From the IMG/VR virus record IMGVR_UViG_3300032244_000153, positions 1 through 38,631 of that record: a stretch of 38,631 nucleotides of DNA. One strand, given 5' to 3'. This document shows positions 26,679 to 34,671 of this stretch, piece by piece. The notes below the pieces were generated by a model, which did not search any database, had not been told where the DNA came from, and saw nothing but the letters and a program-made list of their open reading frames with translations. The DNA comes from a virus. Its lineage: Duplodnaviria > Caudoviricetes. The first letter of the stretch is position 1; the number at the start of each line of letters is the position of its first letter. The translations under genes and the position numbers were made by a program.

Positions 26679-28562
26679 ATGCGGAGCCTCCTCGGCCGAT
26701 TCCATCGTCCGTTTGCCCGTGGCGTTGACGAGCAGCTGCTGCTGCTCAACAACCTGGGCGACGGCTCCACGCTCTCGCTGGACTTCACCACGGGCGTCCT
26801 CGACCCGCGCCTGACGTTCACGCGCACGACCAACGCCACCTTCATCAACTCGCAGGGGTTGGTGGAATGGGCGAACTCCAACATGTATTGGAACACGGCG
26901 TTCGAGGGATTGAGCGGATCGAACCCGTCATTGACCTCCTCTGGCTGGGGATACGCTCTTTCAACTGGCGGAACTGCCGTCTTCAACGGAGACGGATCGG
27001 TTACGGTTACAACGACGGCTGCGGAGCGTAGAGCGATCTTCCGGTCTTCCGGGTTTTCCGGTGGCGGTCTTCGTGTCGTTGCATCGGTTGATGTAACGAT
27101 TGCCTCCGGATCGCTACAGGCGAGCCAAGTAATCTTTACTGGTACACCGACAAACGCGCAGCACTACGTCAATGGTGTCATCTGGAACAGTTCCCACCCG
27201 ATCTGGAACGGCGGAATCCTCCCTGTCGGTACGCAGTTCAATATTGCCTACGCTACCGACTCTCTGACAAGCAGCACGACGAGCATGTATTTCGGTGTCG
27301 GTTGTTCGTCGGCGATCGCCGGATCTGCCACGTTCTCCAATCCTCGATGGACAATGTGGAAGGGAAGCGAAACCGTCCCGTACTACCCTAATACTTCCGC
27401 GACCAACAACAGTACGGCAGATCGTTACAAGAGTGCTGACTACCAAGCCCCCCGCTTCGAATACGACCCGTCCACGCTCCAGACTCGCGGACTGCTAATT
27501 GAGGGAAGCGCGAACAACCTTCTCTGTTTGAGCGAATCATTTGCGACATCTGGCGGCACGACGAACTGGGCGTACAACGGCAATTCCGGAGCGGTTACGA
27601 GCGAAGTAAATCCCGCTGGCGTTGCGTCATCGTTTCAGTTCCGCGAAACTGCTACTGGTGGCGGTCTGCTACATCAGCCTGTTACTCCTGCACTTCCTGC
27701 TGGTGGACAAACCTACACCTTTAGCATTTGGATGCGCGGATCTGTCTATTCATCGGTAACGACAACACAGGCACAGATCGGTATTCAGGTCGGCGGTACA
27801 TTCCAAACCGTGACTCCGAGAATCGTTGGTGGATATGCGGCAAGTATCTCTGGTACGACGATCTGCACAGTCAGCGGTCTATCCACCACGCAATGGACGC
27901 GAGTCGAAATCGCCACGACCGCGAGTATCGCTGCGTCCACCACGGTGAATGTCTTTGTCTGGCCGAACACAACAAGTTACGAGAACAACGCGAGCGTTCT
28001 TCTGTGGGGAGCGCAGTTTGAGGCAGGCTCCGGCGCATCCTCGTACATCCCGACCGGGGCAAGCACGGGGAGCAGGGCGTTCGATTCCTGCGTGATGGAA
28101 GATATCACTTCGCTTCAGTACAGTACCAAGACCGGGACGATGTTCTACGCGGGAAGATTCACGCAAATGAATGCGGCGAGTTTTCCGAATCGCGTTGGAT
28201 TCACCAGAGAGACTGGAGATTTCCGAACGTTTGCGGCATTGTCAACCACAACATCTCTGCTCCCGTGCTTTGCCAATTCCGGAACTACCGTTCTTACCAC
28301 GCAAAACATCACACTCAACTCCGAGTTGAAACTGGCATTTTCGTTCGATGCTGATCTGTCCACAGCAGAAGTGAAAAGCAGTCTCAATGGTGGCGCGATT
28401 GTCCAGAGCGGAGCATCGGCACTCACAGAGTCTTCTGTTCCGACCTACTTCATGCTTGGCCAGAAGGGGTATGGCGCATTCTTCCCGCACGGAACCGTTC
28501 GCTCTGTCAAGTATTGGCCGTCCGTACTCCCGACCGCACAACTCCAAGCCCTGACCACCTGA
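26679..28562 (+). CDS. Head/tail spike-like protein with carbohydrate-binding/LamG-like modules
   Basis: LSLDF, FTRTTNATF, PRFEYDP..GLLIEG..NN, WGAQFEAG..SSYIPT, VKYWP..L..AQLQALT motifs. Confidence 0.75.
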   Translation: MRSLLGRFHRPFARGVDEQLLLLNNLGDGSTLSLDFTTGVLDPRLTFTRTTNATFINSQGLVEWANSNMYWNTAFEGLSGSNPSLTSSGWGYALSTGGTAVFNGDGSVTVTTTAAERRAIFRSSGFSGGGLRVVASVDVTIASGSLQASQVIFTGTPTNAQHYVNGVIWNSSHPIWNGGILPVGTQFNIAYATDSLTSSTTSMYFGVGCSSAIAGSATFSNPRWTMWKGSETVPYYPNTSATNNSTADRYKSADYQAPRFEYDPSTLQTRGLLIEGSANNLLCLSESFATSGGTTNWAYNGNSGAVTSEVNPAGVASSFQFRETATGGGLLHQPVTPALPAGGQTYTFSIWMRGSVYSSVTTTQAQIGIQVGGTFQTVTPRIVGGYAASISGTTICTVSGLSTTQWTRVEIATTASIAASTTVNVFVWPNTTSYENNASVLLWGAQFEAGSGASSYIPTGASTGSRAFDSCVMEDITSLQYSTKTGTMFYAGRFTQMNAASFPNRVGFTRETGDFRTFAALSTTTSLLPCFANSGTTVLTTQNITLNSELKLAFSFDADLSTAEVKSSLNGGAIVQSGASALTESSVPTYFMLGQKGYGAFFPHGTVRSVKYWPSVLPTAQLQALTT

Positions 28563-28563
28563 C

Positions 28564-28866
28564 ATGGACTACCTACTCCGCGCAACCACCGAGTCCGACC
28601 TAGAAGATGCCCTCATCGCCGCAGGGCTTGCCGAGGAACGCACCGACGAGGACGGCGAGGTCGTGGTGCTGCCCGTCACGGGTGTCACGCTTGACCGCAT
28701 CGGCGCAATCCCTCCCGTCATCGACGAGGAGAACGTGGTGATTCGCCCCGGCGACCCTCGCTTCCACGCGAACATCCGCGTGTCGTTTGAGTTGACGAAG
28801 GCGCAGGAGGACGAGTTGCCGACATTCACGCCGCTCCCAGGCGTCCCGTACCGGGTGTTCATTTGA
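28564..28866 (+). CDS. Hypothetical protein (spike-associated)
   Basis: MDYLLR...LDRIGAI...FHANIR...PYRVF; coupled to the spike gene. Confidence 0.7.
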   Translation: MDYLLRATTESDLEDALIAAGLAEERTDEDGEVVVLPVTGVTLDRIGAIPPVIDEENVVIRPGDPRFHANIRVSFELTKAQEDELPTFTPLPGVPYRVFI

Positions 28867-29354
28867 AGCTCGCCGTACTGCTCGCACTCGCGCTCGCCGC
28901 CTGCAACCCGGTCGCTCGCATCTCCGCGAACGCGACCGCGATCCGCAACGAGGCCGGCGCGCTCATCGACCACGGCAACGCCATCGGCGACCAGGTCGTC
29001 GTGCAGGGAGCGACCCGCATCGACGAGCATGCCAGCGCGATCCACGGCGACATTCCGTCCGTACAGGCCATCGTGCCGGCGTGGCTGTCGACGCTGAAGT
29101 GGTGGGGCATCGCGCTCGCCGTGGTTGGCATCGCGTTCCTGGTCTGGAATTCTGGAATTGGCAGCGCCGTTCGCATCGCGATTGGCTGGCTGCCCCGCAA
29201 GAAGGTCGCCCAGGCCGAGCTTGCGGCGGATATGCTCGACCCCAATTCCCAAGAAGGGGATCGTGAGTACGTCGCGTTCATGCGGTCGCAGGACGCGGAG
29301 TTCGACGCAGCATTCAAGCGCGCCGTCAGCCGGCGCAAGAAAGGCACGACATGA
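28863..29354 (+). CDS. Lipoprotein with an internal TM helix (spanin candidate)
   Basis: TTG start, signal peptide with lipobox LAAC (Cys14), TM segment WWGIALAVVGIAFLVW. Confidence 0.7.
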   Translation: MKLAVLLALALAACNPVARISANATAIRNEAGALIDHGNAIGDQVVVQGATRIDEHASAIHGDIPSVQAIVPAWLSTLKWWGIALAVVGIAFLVWNSGIGSAVRIAIGWLPRKKVAQAELAADMLDPNSQEGDREYVAFMRSQDAEFDAAFKRAVSRRKKGTT

Positions 29355-29464
29355 GCGCGTTCATCGGCAGCATCTGGTTCGCGGGTCTTACGTTTCTCGC
29401 GGGGTACATCCTCGGGCAGGTCGTCCCAATCGGCTCCCTCGGCAAGCTCTTCAGCAAGAAGTGA
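29351..29464 (+). CDS. 37-aa membrane peptide (holin-like candidate), absent from the ORF track
   Basis: ATGA overlap; MSAFIGSIWFAGLTFLAGYILGQVVPIGSLGKLFSKK. Confidence 0.65.
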   Translation: MSAFIGSIWFAGLTFLAGYILGQVVPIGSLGKLFSKK

Positions 29465-29484
29465 CGCCGTCCCGTCCTCTCGCG

Positions 29485-29580
29485 CAGGCGCGGCCGACTG
29501 CGGGTTCGCCCCGGTTCGCCGCGCCTGTCCATTGAAAAACCCCCGCCGGTTGGTCGCTTCCTGCAACCGCGCGGCGGGGG
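29485..29580 (-). terminator. Convergent terminator zone (two hairpins)
   Basis: CCCCCGCCG/CGGCGGGGG (29540-29580) followed on the minus strand by TTTTT (29535-29539); second stem CAGGCGCGGC/GCCGCGCCTG (29485-29527). Confidence 0.75.
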
Positions 29581-29602
29581 GAGAAGAGGTAGGGGGATCG
29601 TA

Positions 29603-30109
29603 TCAGCGGATACGCAGGCTCGTCCCTCGCGGGAGGATCGTGCATCCTGGGATCACCGCGCCCCCCTCAAGCGCGGTGCGGATCGCGTCACGGTTGAACG
29701 TGACCGACACCGTCTGGAACTCGGGCGGCAGGCTCGCCGCGTCGGCGGTGACCTCGAGAGGCGCCTTGCCGCCGTTGCCGGCGACCGACAACTTGAACCG
29801 CGCGGTGTCCAACTTTGTCTTCCCGCTCGCCTCCATCGCCGACTTGAGGCGTTCCTTCAGGCGGTCGGCGAGCGCGTCGTCGGCGTCGGCGAGTCCCTTG
29901 ATGCGGCGCGCCTCGGCGACACGGGCGGCCGACCGCAGCTCGAGGCTGCGGATCAACGCGGCGTAGTCGTCGGCCTTCGACTCAAGCGCGGCATCCAGCC
30001 CCGCGAGGTGTTCGTTCAGCGCCTCCTGCGCCTCGGGGCTGTCGACGCCTCCCTCGAGGATGGCGTCAAGGACGGTTTCCAGTTCGGACGTAATTGCGTA
30101 CAGGCTCAT
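29603..30109 (-). CDS. Siphovirus Gp157-family protein
   Basis: MSLYAI...KADDY...RLKERL...IRTALEGG.VIPG..SLRIR; GAGGAG RBS. Confidence 0.9.
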   Translation of the reverse strand: MSLYAITSELETVLDAILEGGVDSPEAQEALNEHLAGLDAALESKADDYAALIRSLELRSAARVAEARRIKGLADADDALADRLKERLKSAMEASGKTKLDTARFKLSVAGNGGKAPLEVTADAASLPPEFQTVSVTFNRDAIRTALEGGAVIPGCTILPRGTSLRIR

Positions 30110-30131
30110 GGGTGTCTCCTCTCGGTGTGGT

Positions 30132-31079
30132 TCAGAACGGGACGTCGTTGGGGTCAACCTCGAGCGGCTTGACCGGGCCGAGGACGCGCATGATGGACAG
30201 GCTCGTCCCGATGCGCGCGATCTCGAGGGTGACCTCGCTGCCGATGTTCGCCTCGGCGAGGTCGCCGTACTCCGCGACCGAGGTCGCGATCCACGCGGTG
30301 CCGTGTTCGCCGGCGGCCTGGATGGCGATGGGCTTGCCGGGACGGCGCACGACACGCTGCACCATGAACTTCCCCTCGTACTCGTCGGGGTAGTTGTCGG
30401 CGACTGCCGGCGCGGCGGGAGCCTCGGGGGCGGCCGCAGGGGCGCTCTGCGCCGTCTTGCGCTTGCGGACGGGCTTCGGGGCGTCCTCGGCGACGGGCGC
30501 GTCCTTGGGCATCGTGGCGGCCTCCACGACCTCGGGAGCCGGGAGCGCGGCGGGGCGGCTGCGCGGAGCGTCCTCGACGATCTCCGTCTCGCCGTGCGCC
30601 TCGACGTACACCGGGGCAGCGCCGAGGGCGTCGGGGCAATGCTGCTTGTAGCCGCTGGAGATGCAACGGGCGAACAGCATCGCCTTCGGCCACTTGCGCC
30701 AGTTGTCGCCGCCGAGCTGCGCCCGTCGCGCGTCGTCCATCGTGAACTCGGTCGTGCCGATCTCCTCCCACTTGTTGTCCATCGTGCGACCGAAGAAGAC
30801 GATGCTGCACTCGGCATCCGAGCAGGTGGCGCGGTAGTCGTACTTCCCGGCACGCTTGATGGAGGCGGCCATCAGGTTCGCCGCCAGCACGGCCTTGCCC
30901 TTGATGATGTGCAGTCCGGTCATCGCGTCGTAGTCGGACAGGCCGAGGCCGCGCCCGATGATGATCTTCGCGCATGCCGCCGCCTCGGACTGAATGTCGG
31001 GGAACATCCCCGACGCCTTGAACACCTGCGCCACCGTCATGGGGTCAAGCTGCGTCTGACCAATTCGTGCAAGTTCCAT
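30132..31079 (-). CDS. RecT/Red-beta-like ssDNA-annealing recombinase
   Basis: SGMFPDI...GRGLGL...LHIIKGK...NWRKWPKAMLFARCIS; AGGAG RBS before ATG 31079; acidic PF C-terminus. Confidence 0.8.
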   Translation of the reverse strand: MELARIGQTQLDPMTVAQVFKASGMFPDIQSEAAACAKIIIGRGLGLSDYDAMTGLHIIKGKAVLAANLMAASIKRAGKYDYRATCSDAECSIVFFGRTMDNKWEEIGTTEFTMDDARRAQLGGDNWRKWPKAMLFARCISSGYKQHCPDALGAAPVYVEAHGETEIVEDAPRSRPAALPAPEVVEAATMPKDAPVAEDAPKPVRKRKTAQSAPAAAPEAPAAPAVADNYPDEYEGKFMVQRVVRRPGKPIAIQAAGEHGTAWIATSVAEYGDLAEANIGSEVTLEIARIGTSLSIMRVLGPVKPLEVDPNDVPF

Positions 31080-31112
31080 GTCAATCTCCTCTCGTCTGCG
31101 CGGAACGCCGCG

Positions 31113-31173
31113 CCCGGTCGTCGGCAACGTGCCTTCGACGGGATAAGTATACGCCCCGGTATCAGCGTGTCAA
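31113..31173 (-). promoter_or_regulatory. Sigma70-type promoter with a +1 hairpin
   Basis: TTGACA (31173-31168)-N16-TATACT (31151-31146), followed by hairpin GTCG-AA-GGCA-CGT-TGCC-GA-CGAC. Confidence 0.8.
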
Positions 31174-31182
31174 TGGGGTGAA

Positions 31183-31767
31183 TCAGGCGATTTTCACGGC
31201 CACGATCCCGGTCGCGTTCGCGCCGCTGCCGTTGTTCGGCGTGGTCGCCTTGAGGACGTCGGCAGCGATTGACCCGTTTGCCTGTAGCAAGATCGTCGTC
31301 GTCGACGCCAGCGTGATGATCGCGTTGCAGCTCAACGCCGCCCAGTTGTTCGCGACGCTCGCGTGATACTGCTGCACGCTCGCGTAGTGCGTGAGTCCGT
31401 CAGATATGCGAACGTTGTAGTTGCCGGCAGTCGTGGCCGTGCGGCCGACCGTCGCGCTCGCCATGACAAGCCACGTGCCGGCGGCAAGCGACACGGACGG
31501 CCCGTTGTACCAGGTGTTCGCGCTGGCCATCGAGACGTCGGAGGCGAGGAACGCCGATGCGTTCGTCAGGGCTACGGGCGAGGAACCTGCCGGCGCGGTC
31601 GCGATCCATTGCGTGCCGCTCCATGCGATGACGTCGTCCTTCGCCGCATTCCCTTGCTGCAACTCCGAAAGCGGATGCGTATGTCCGCGCTTGGACGAGC
31701 GAAGCAGGGTCGATGTCAGCGATGCAATCTGCCTTTGCAGGGTAACGACGGTCGTGTCCTGGCGCAT
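31183..31767 (-). CDS. Fibre/decoration-like protein lying in the early region
   Basis: HTHPLSEL, VIAWSGTQW fibre motifs and a beta-rich C-terminus (LAAGTWLVMASA...IVAVKIA); TAGAAT 6 nt upstream of the ATG. Confidence 0.65.
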   Translation of the reverse strand: MRQDTTVVTLQRQIASLTSTLLRSSKRGHTHPLSELQQGNAAKDDVIAWSGTQWIATAPAGSSPVALTNASAFLASDVSMASANTWYNGPSVSLAAGTWLVMASATVGRTATTAGNYNVRISDGLTHYASVQQYHASVANNWAALSCNAIITLASTTTILLQANGSIAADVLKATTPNNGSGANATGIVAVKIA

Positions 31768-31798
31768 CGCCGCATTCTACGCAAGGATCGTTGCATAT

Positions 31799-32209
31799 TC
31801 AGGTGATTACGGAAACGAGCGTTTCGTCGCGGTCGCCGTATTCCTTCGCCGCCCAGATGCAGCCGACCTGCGAGTCGTCGACGTACACGACTCCGGTCAT
31901 CGAGTCGCACGCGCCTCGGACGAGCTTGTCAAGATCCGGCCTCGGCGGCGCAAGCGGAGCGCCGGCACGGATCGCGCCCTTTGCCGTGAAGTGCGAGCGC
32001 GGACGCACGAACCTGAACGTCAGCTCGAGCGCGACCACGCCGGCATGGGGCGGCTTCGTCCACGCCTCCCTCGCCGCCAGCGCGAACACCGCGCGCCACG
32101 GCTTCAGTCGCTTGCTCGACTCAATCAGCACGGTGCGTCCGCTGCGTAGCCGCATCGGTCGCTTGCTGCCCTGGGGCGCGGCCGCGCCCGGTACGACGAA
32201 CTCAATCAT
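31799..32209 (-). CDS. rusA: RusA-family Holliday junction resolvase
   Basis: FVVPG..PQGSKR, FRFVRPRSH, PDLDKLVRG..DSMTGVVYVDDSQV. Confidence 0.92.
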   Translation of the reverse strand: MIEFVVPGAAAPQGSKRPMRLRSGRTVLIESSKRLKPWRAVFALAAREAWTKPPHAGVVALELTFRFVRPRSHFTAKGAIRAGAPLAPPRPDLDKLVRGACDSMTGVVYVDDSQVGCIWAAKEYGDRDETLVSVIT

Positions 32210-32390
32210 CTCGCCTCCGATGGTTCGCCGCACGCAGCGCGGCGTTGTTGATGTCTCGCATCAGCTTCGCGATCTCCGACCGCAGGTACACGACCTCCTG
32301 CATCAGCTCGATTGTCAGCGGGTCGGCGGTCGCGCTGGCGCGCACCCGGTCGACGATGTCCTCCTCGTACTCCCCTCGCCCCGGTTTCAT
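32202..32390 (-). CDS. Small hypothetical protein (DIVDRVR paralogue)
   Basis: GGGAG RBS; tightly packed operon. Confidence 0.65.
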   Translation of the reverse strand: MKPGRGEYEEDIVDRVRASATADPLTIELMQEVVYLRSEIAKLMRDINNAALRAANHRRRDD

Positions 32391-32391
32391 G

Positions 32392-32634
32392 TCAGCCGCT
32401 CCCTTCGTACAGGATGCGCTCGATGTGCGACGGCATCATCGCTCGCAGCCGACCGACCTCCCTTGACAGCACGGCGCACCGCTCGCTCTGCTGCTCGAGG
32501 AGCTTGGTCGTCCATGCGTTCAACGATTGCAGCCGCATGATCTCGCGCACGGCCTCGTCGGCAGCGTCGAGCTTCAGGCTCCGCAGGCGGGTTACGAGGT
32601 TCTCGTCGCTGTGTTCGTCTCCTGGGTCGGTCAT
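32392..32634 (-). CDS. Small hypothetical protein (NLVTRLR paralogue)
   Basis: GAGGT RBS; ATGA overlap. Confidence 0.65.
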   Translation of the reverse strand: MTDPGDEHSDENLVTRLRSLKLDAADEAVREIMRLQSLNAWTTKLLEQQSERCAVLSREVGRLRAMMPSHIERILYEGSG

Positions 32635-32888
32635 ATCTCGCGCACCTCGGTTTCCTGGATCTTGGACTGAAGTCGTGCGTTACGCTCGGTCAGCTCGCGG
32701 ACGCGCGCACGGAGTGACTCTACCTGTCCGTCCATGTTGGCCGTCTCGCATTCGGCCTCGACGAGCCGGCGCACCTCGGCGCGGAGGGCGACGATCTCGT
32801 CAGCCGCCTCCTCGCGCTCGTCGTTCGCCATGTCGCCCATCGCCTCCCATCGGACGCGCAGCCTGTCAACGAGGTCTTTCATCTCCAT
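32631..32888 (-). CDS. Small coiled-coil protein (DLVDRLR...EAADEI)
   Basis: AGGAAGG RBS; C-terminal part of ORF 32631..33008. Confidence 0.65.
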   Translation of the reverse strand: MEMKDLVDRLRVRWEAMGDMANDEREEAADEIVALRAEVRRLVEAECETANMDGQVESLRARVRELTERNARLQSKIQETEVREI

Positions 32889-33051
32889 CCTTCCTGCGGC
32901 GCATCGGCCGCAGTTGCGAGAGTGCGCGGTGCAGTTCGGCGTTGCATCGGTCGCATGCCTCGGGCTTTCCGTGCGAATGCCGAGGCATGACGTCCATGTC
33001 CGACTCAACCCATCGGTTGTCGCGCCAAATCACGACGGTGTTCTCGTTCAC
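32866..33051 (-). CDS. Small hypothetical protein (HSH...CDRC)
   Basis: GTG start overlapping the upstream stop; GGAGGA RBS. Confidence 0.55.
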   Translation of the reverse strand: MNENTVVIWRDNRWVESDMDVMPRHSHGKPEACDRCNAELHRALSQLRPMRRRKDGDERPR

Positions 33052-33224
33052 TTGCCGTCCTCCTTCCGTAGCCGCTGCACTTCCTTCATGTTTTCCTCCA
33101 ACGCCCACCGCAGTTCTTCGATGAGTTGCGTGGCGTTCGGTGTCGCTCCGCTCAATCCCCGCGTCTGGGCGAGGATGCGGTCGGACTTCTGTGCGAGTGT
33201 CATGGCGCAGGTGTTACTGAACAT
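33048..33224 (-). CDS. Small hypothetical protein
   Basis: AAGGAG RBS before MFSNTC. Confidence 0.6.
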   Translation of the reverse strand: MFSNTCAMTLAQKSDRILAQTRGLSGATPNATQLIEELRWALEENMKEVQRLRKEDGK

Positions 33225-33399
33225 TGCGAGTCTCCTTCCGTGTGGTGTTGTGGTTCGTGCTGCTCTTGGCTCTCCGGGCCTCACCGATCATCGCAATGAG
33301 CAGGACGACCGCGAAGATCGGGATGAGGATGAAGAACACATCGTCGCCCGATGCGTTGTGTCCATACTTCGTGTTCTTGTATCTGCCGCCTACTGGCAT
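33214..33399 (-). CDS. Small single-TM membrane protein
   Basis: AGGAGG RBS; VFFILIPIFAVVLLIAMI. Confidence 0.6.
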   Translation of the reverse strand: MPVGGRYKNTKYGHNASGDDVFFILIPIFAVVLLIAMIGEARRAKSSTNHNTTRKETRNVQ

Positions 33400-33626
33400 G
33401 GCTCGTCCTCCTGATTGAAGCAGTCCCAACCCTTGGCTTTGGCGAAGTCGTGCTGCAATTCAGCACTAGTGAAATGCAAACGGCAGCACATCCGCCTCGC
33501 CTCGTCGCGCTCGGCGGCGAGGTTGTCAATGGCGTTGGCGGCCTCGCGCAGTACGTCCGGATGCACGGAGTGACCGCGCCGGCGGGTGTCGGCGAGACGT
33601 CGAAGCCGCGTGGCAAGGTCGTTCAT
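33390..33626 (-). CDS. Small hypothetical protein (NDLATRLR...ERDEARR...GWDCF)
   Basis: GGAGG RBS; ATGA overlap. Confidence 0.7.
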   Translation of the reverse strand: MNDLATRLRRLADTRRRGHSVHPDVLREAANAIDNLAAERDEARRMCCRLHFTSAELQHDFAKAKGWDCFNQEDEPCQ

Positions 33627-33970
33627 CGCTTGCCTCCGACCGTCATCACCTGCGCCACCAGCGCGCCGTGCAGCTCCGCGAGCGAGTCGAACTCGAGCAG
33701 CACGTGATCCTCGCCGTGCAGCATGGCGATCAGATGCTCCTCCTCGCTCATGTCCTGGCGAACCTTCGTGTAGGTTCCCGTGATCTCGCCGCTGCCGTCG
33801 ACGTACATGTGCAGCTTCAGGCTCTCGCACCGGCAGTTGTCGTGGATGCCGCGATCCTCCATCCGGCGATCCCACTCCGCGAGCATCGCCATCACCGCAG
33901 GCATGCACGACCAGTCGGTCGCCGACGCCTCAAGCGTCCTCGTCCTCTCGGCTCTGCTTCGGCGGCTCAT
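33623..33970 (-). CDS. Hypothetical protein
   Basis: GGAG before ATG 33970; start uncertain (33905 or 34093 are possible). Confidence 0.6.
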   Translation of the reverse strand: MSRRSRAERTRTLEASATDWSCMPAVMAMLAEWDRRMEDRGIHDNCRCESLKLHMYVDGSGEITGTYTKVRQDMSEEEHLIAMLHGEDHVLLEFDSLAELHGALVAQVMTVGGKR

Positions 33971-34109
33971 GCCCGACTCCGTGCCTGTTTGGCCGGCAGT
34001 CGTGGCATCGGTCGCGGTCTTCCTCGACAGTCTCAAAAGCCTCGCCGCAGATGCGGCAAACTTGTAGGCGCGTGACAGGGGGCTTTCGCTCATTGCGTCG
34101 TCGCGGCAT
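33930..34109 (-). CDS. Small Zn-ribbon protein (CRIC...CHDC)
   Basis: AAGGAGG RBS before ATG 34109; paired CxxC motifs. Confidence 0.55.
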   Translation of the reverse strand: MPRRRNERKPPVTRLQVCRICGEAFETVEEDRDRCHDCRPNRHGVGHEPPKQSREDEDA

Positions 34110-34263
34110 TCGCCGCCTCCTTGCTCTTGTGGCGCGAGCCGTTGACGATGCGGCACACCGCCGCCGGTGATACGCCGTACTTACGGGCGATGGCCGCCTG
34201 GGTCGCGCCTGCCGCGAACTCCGCGCGGATGGCATCGACCGTCTCCTGCTTGATCTTGGTCAC
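34090..34263 (-). CDS. 57-aa HTH protein, absent from the ORF track
   Basis: GTG start overlapping the upstream stop; TKIKQETVDAIRAEFAAGATQAAIARKYGVSPAAVCRIVNG. Confidence 0.8.
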   Translation of the reverse strand: MTKIKQETVDAIRAEFAAGATQAAIARKYGVSPAAVCRIVNGSRHKSKEAANAATTQ

Positions 34264-34478
34264 TCGACTTCCCTTTCGATGGCTCTGATGGTGTCGTTGA
34301 CGATCCTGACCGCGAGCCGGCGGTCGATCTCCGTCCCCTCCTCCAGCGAGGAGGCAAGGCGCTTGAGGTTCGGGACATGGACGCGCATCGAGCGGAGCCG
34401 ACCGCGCAGCTCCGACAGCCGCAGGTTCCGCTCGTTGATGACCGTCTCGTACCAGTACGTTTGGTCAGCGGGGGCCAT
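34260..34478 (-). CDS. Hypothetical protein
   Basis: AGGAG RBS; MAPADQTYWYETVINERN. Confidence 0.6.
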   Translation of the reverse strand: MAPADQTYWYETVINERNLRLSELRGRLRSMRVHVPNLKRLASSLEEGTEIDRRLAVRIVNDTIRAIEREVE

Positions 34479-34671
34479 CACGGAGGTCGCTCCTCTCCCG
34501 CGAGACGCGAATGTCCTGATCTGCGCGAACAATGATGCGTACATGCCGATGTTCTTTCGCGTTCAAAGAGAGAACGGCGATGCGCCGGCCATCGGCATTC
34601 GTAAGGACGCAACCCTCATCCGGTCGCAGCTTGATGGCGAGAAATCCCTGTCCGCTGGTCGTGTCATCCAT
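34465..34671 (-). CDS. Divergent CsrA/RsmA-like protein
   Basis: FLAIKLRPDEGCVL...VRIIVRADQDIRVSRE parallels CsrA MLxLxRxxGExxxI...VRIGIxAPxxVxVxRxE; 68 aa. Confidence 0.55.
   Translation of the reverse strand: MDDTTSGQGFLAIKLRPDEGCVLTNADGRRIAVLSLNAKEHRHVRIIVRADQDIRVSRERSDLRDGPR

Noticed and set aside
24400-29464. Diversity-generating retroelement, as in BPP-1
   Set aside because: No reverse transcriptase motif (YxDD in an RT context) and no TR/VR pair differing at adenines. The 117-bp fibre repeats differ mostly at synonymous positions.
29603-30853. 416-aa extended version of the Gp157 ORF
   Set aside because: The N-terminal 248 aa are an Arg/Pro/Ser-rich alternative frame of the recombinase gene; a clear RBS and ATG lie at 30109
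31807-31816. Partial late-promoter motif (TTTCCGTAA, minus strand) upstream of gene 31183..31767
   Set aside because: Only CCGTAA matches and there is no TANNNT at the 16-nt spacing
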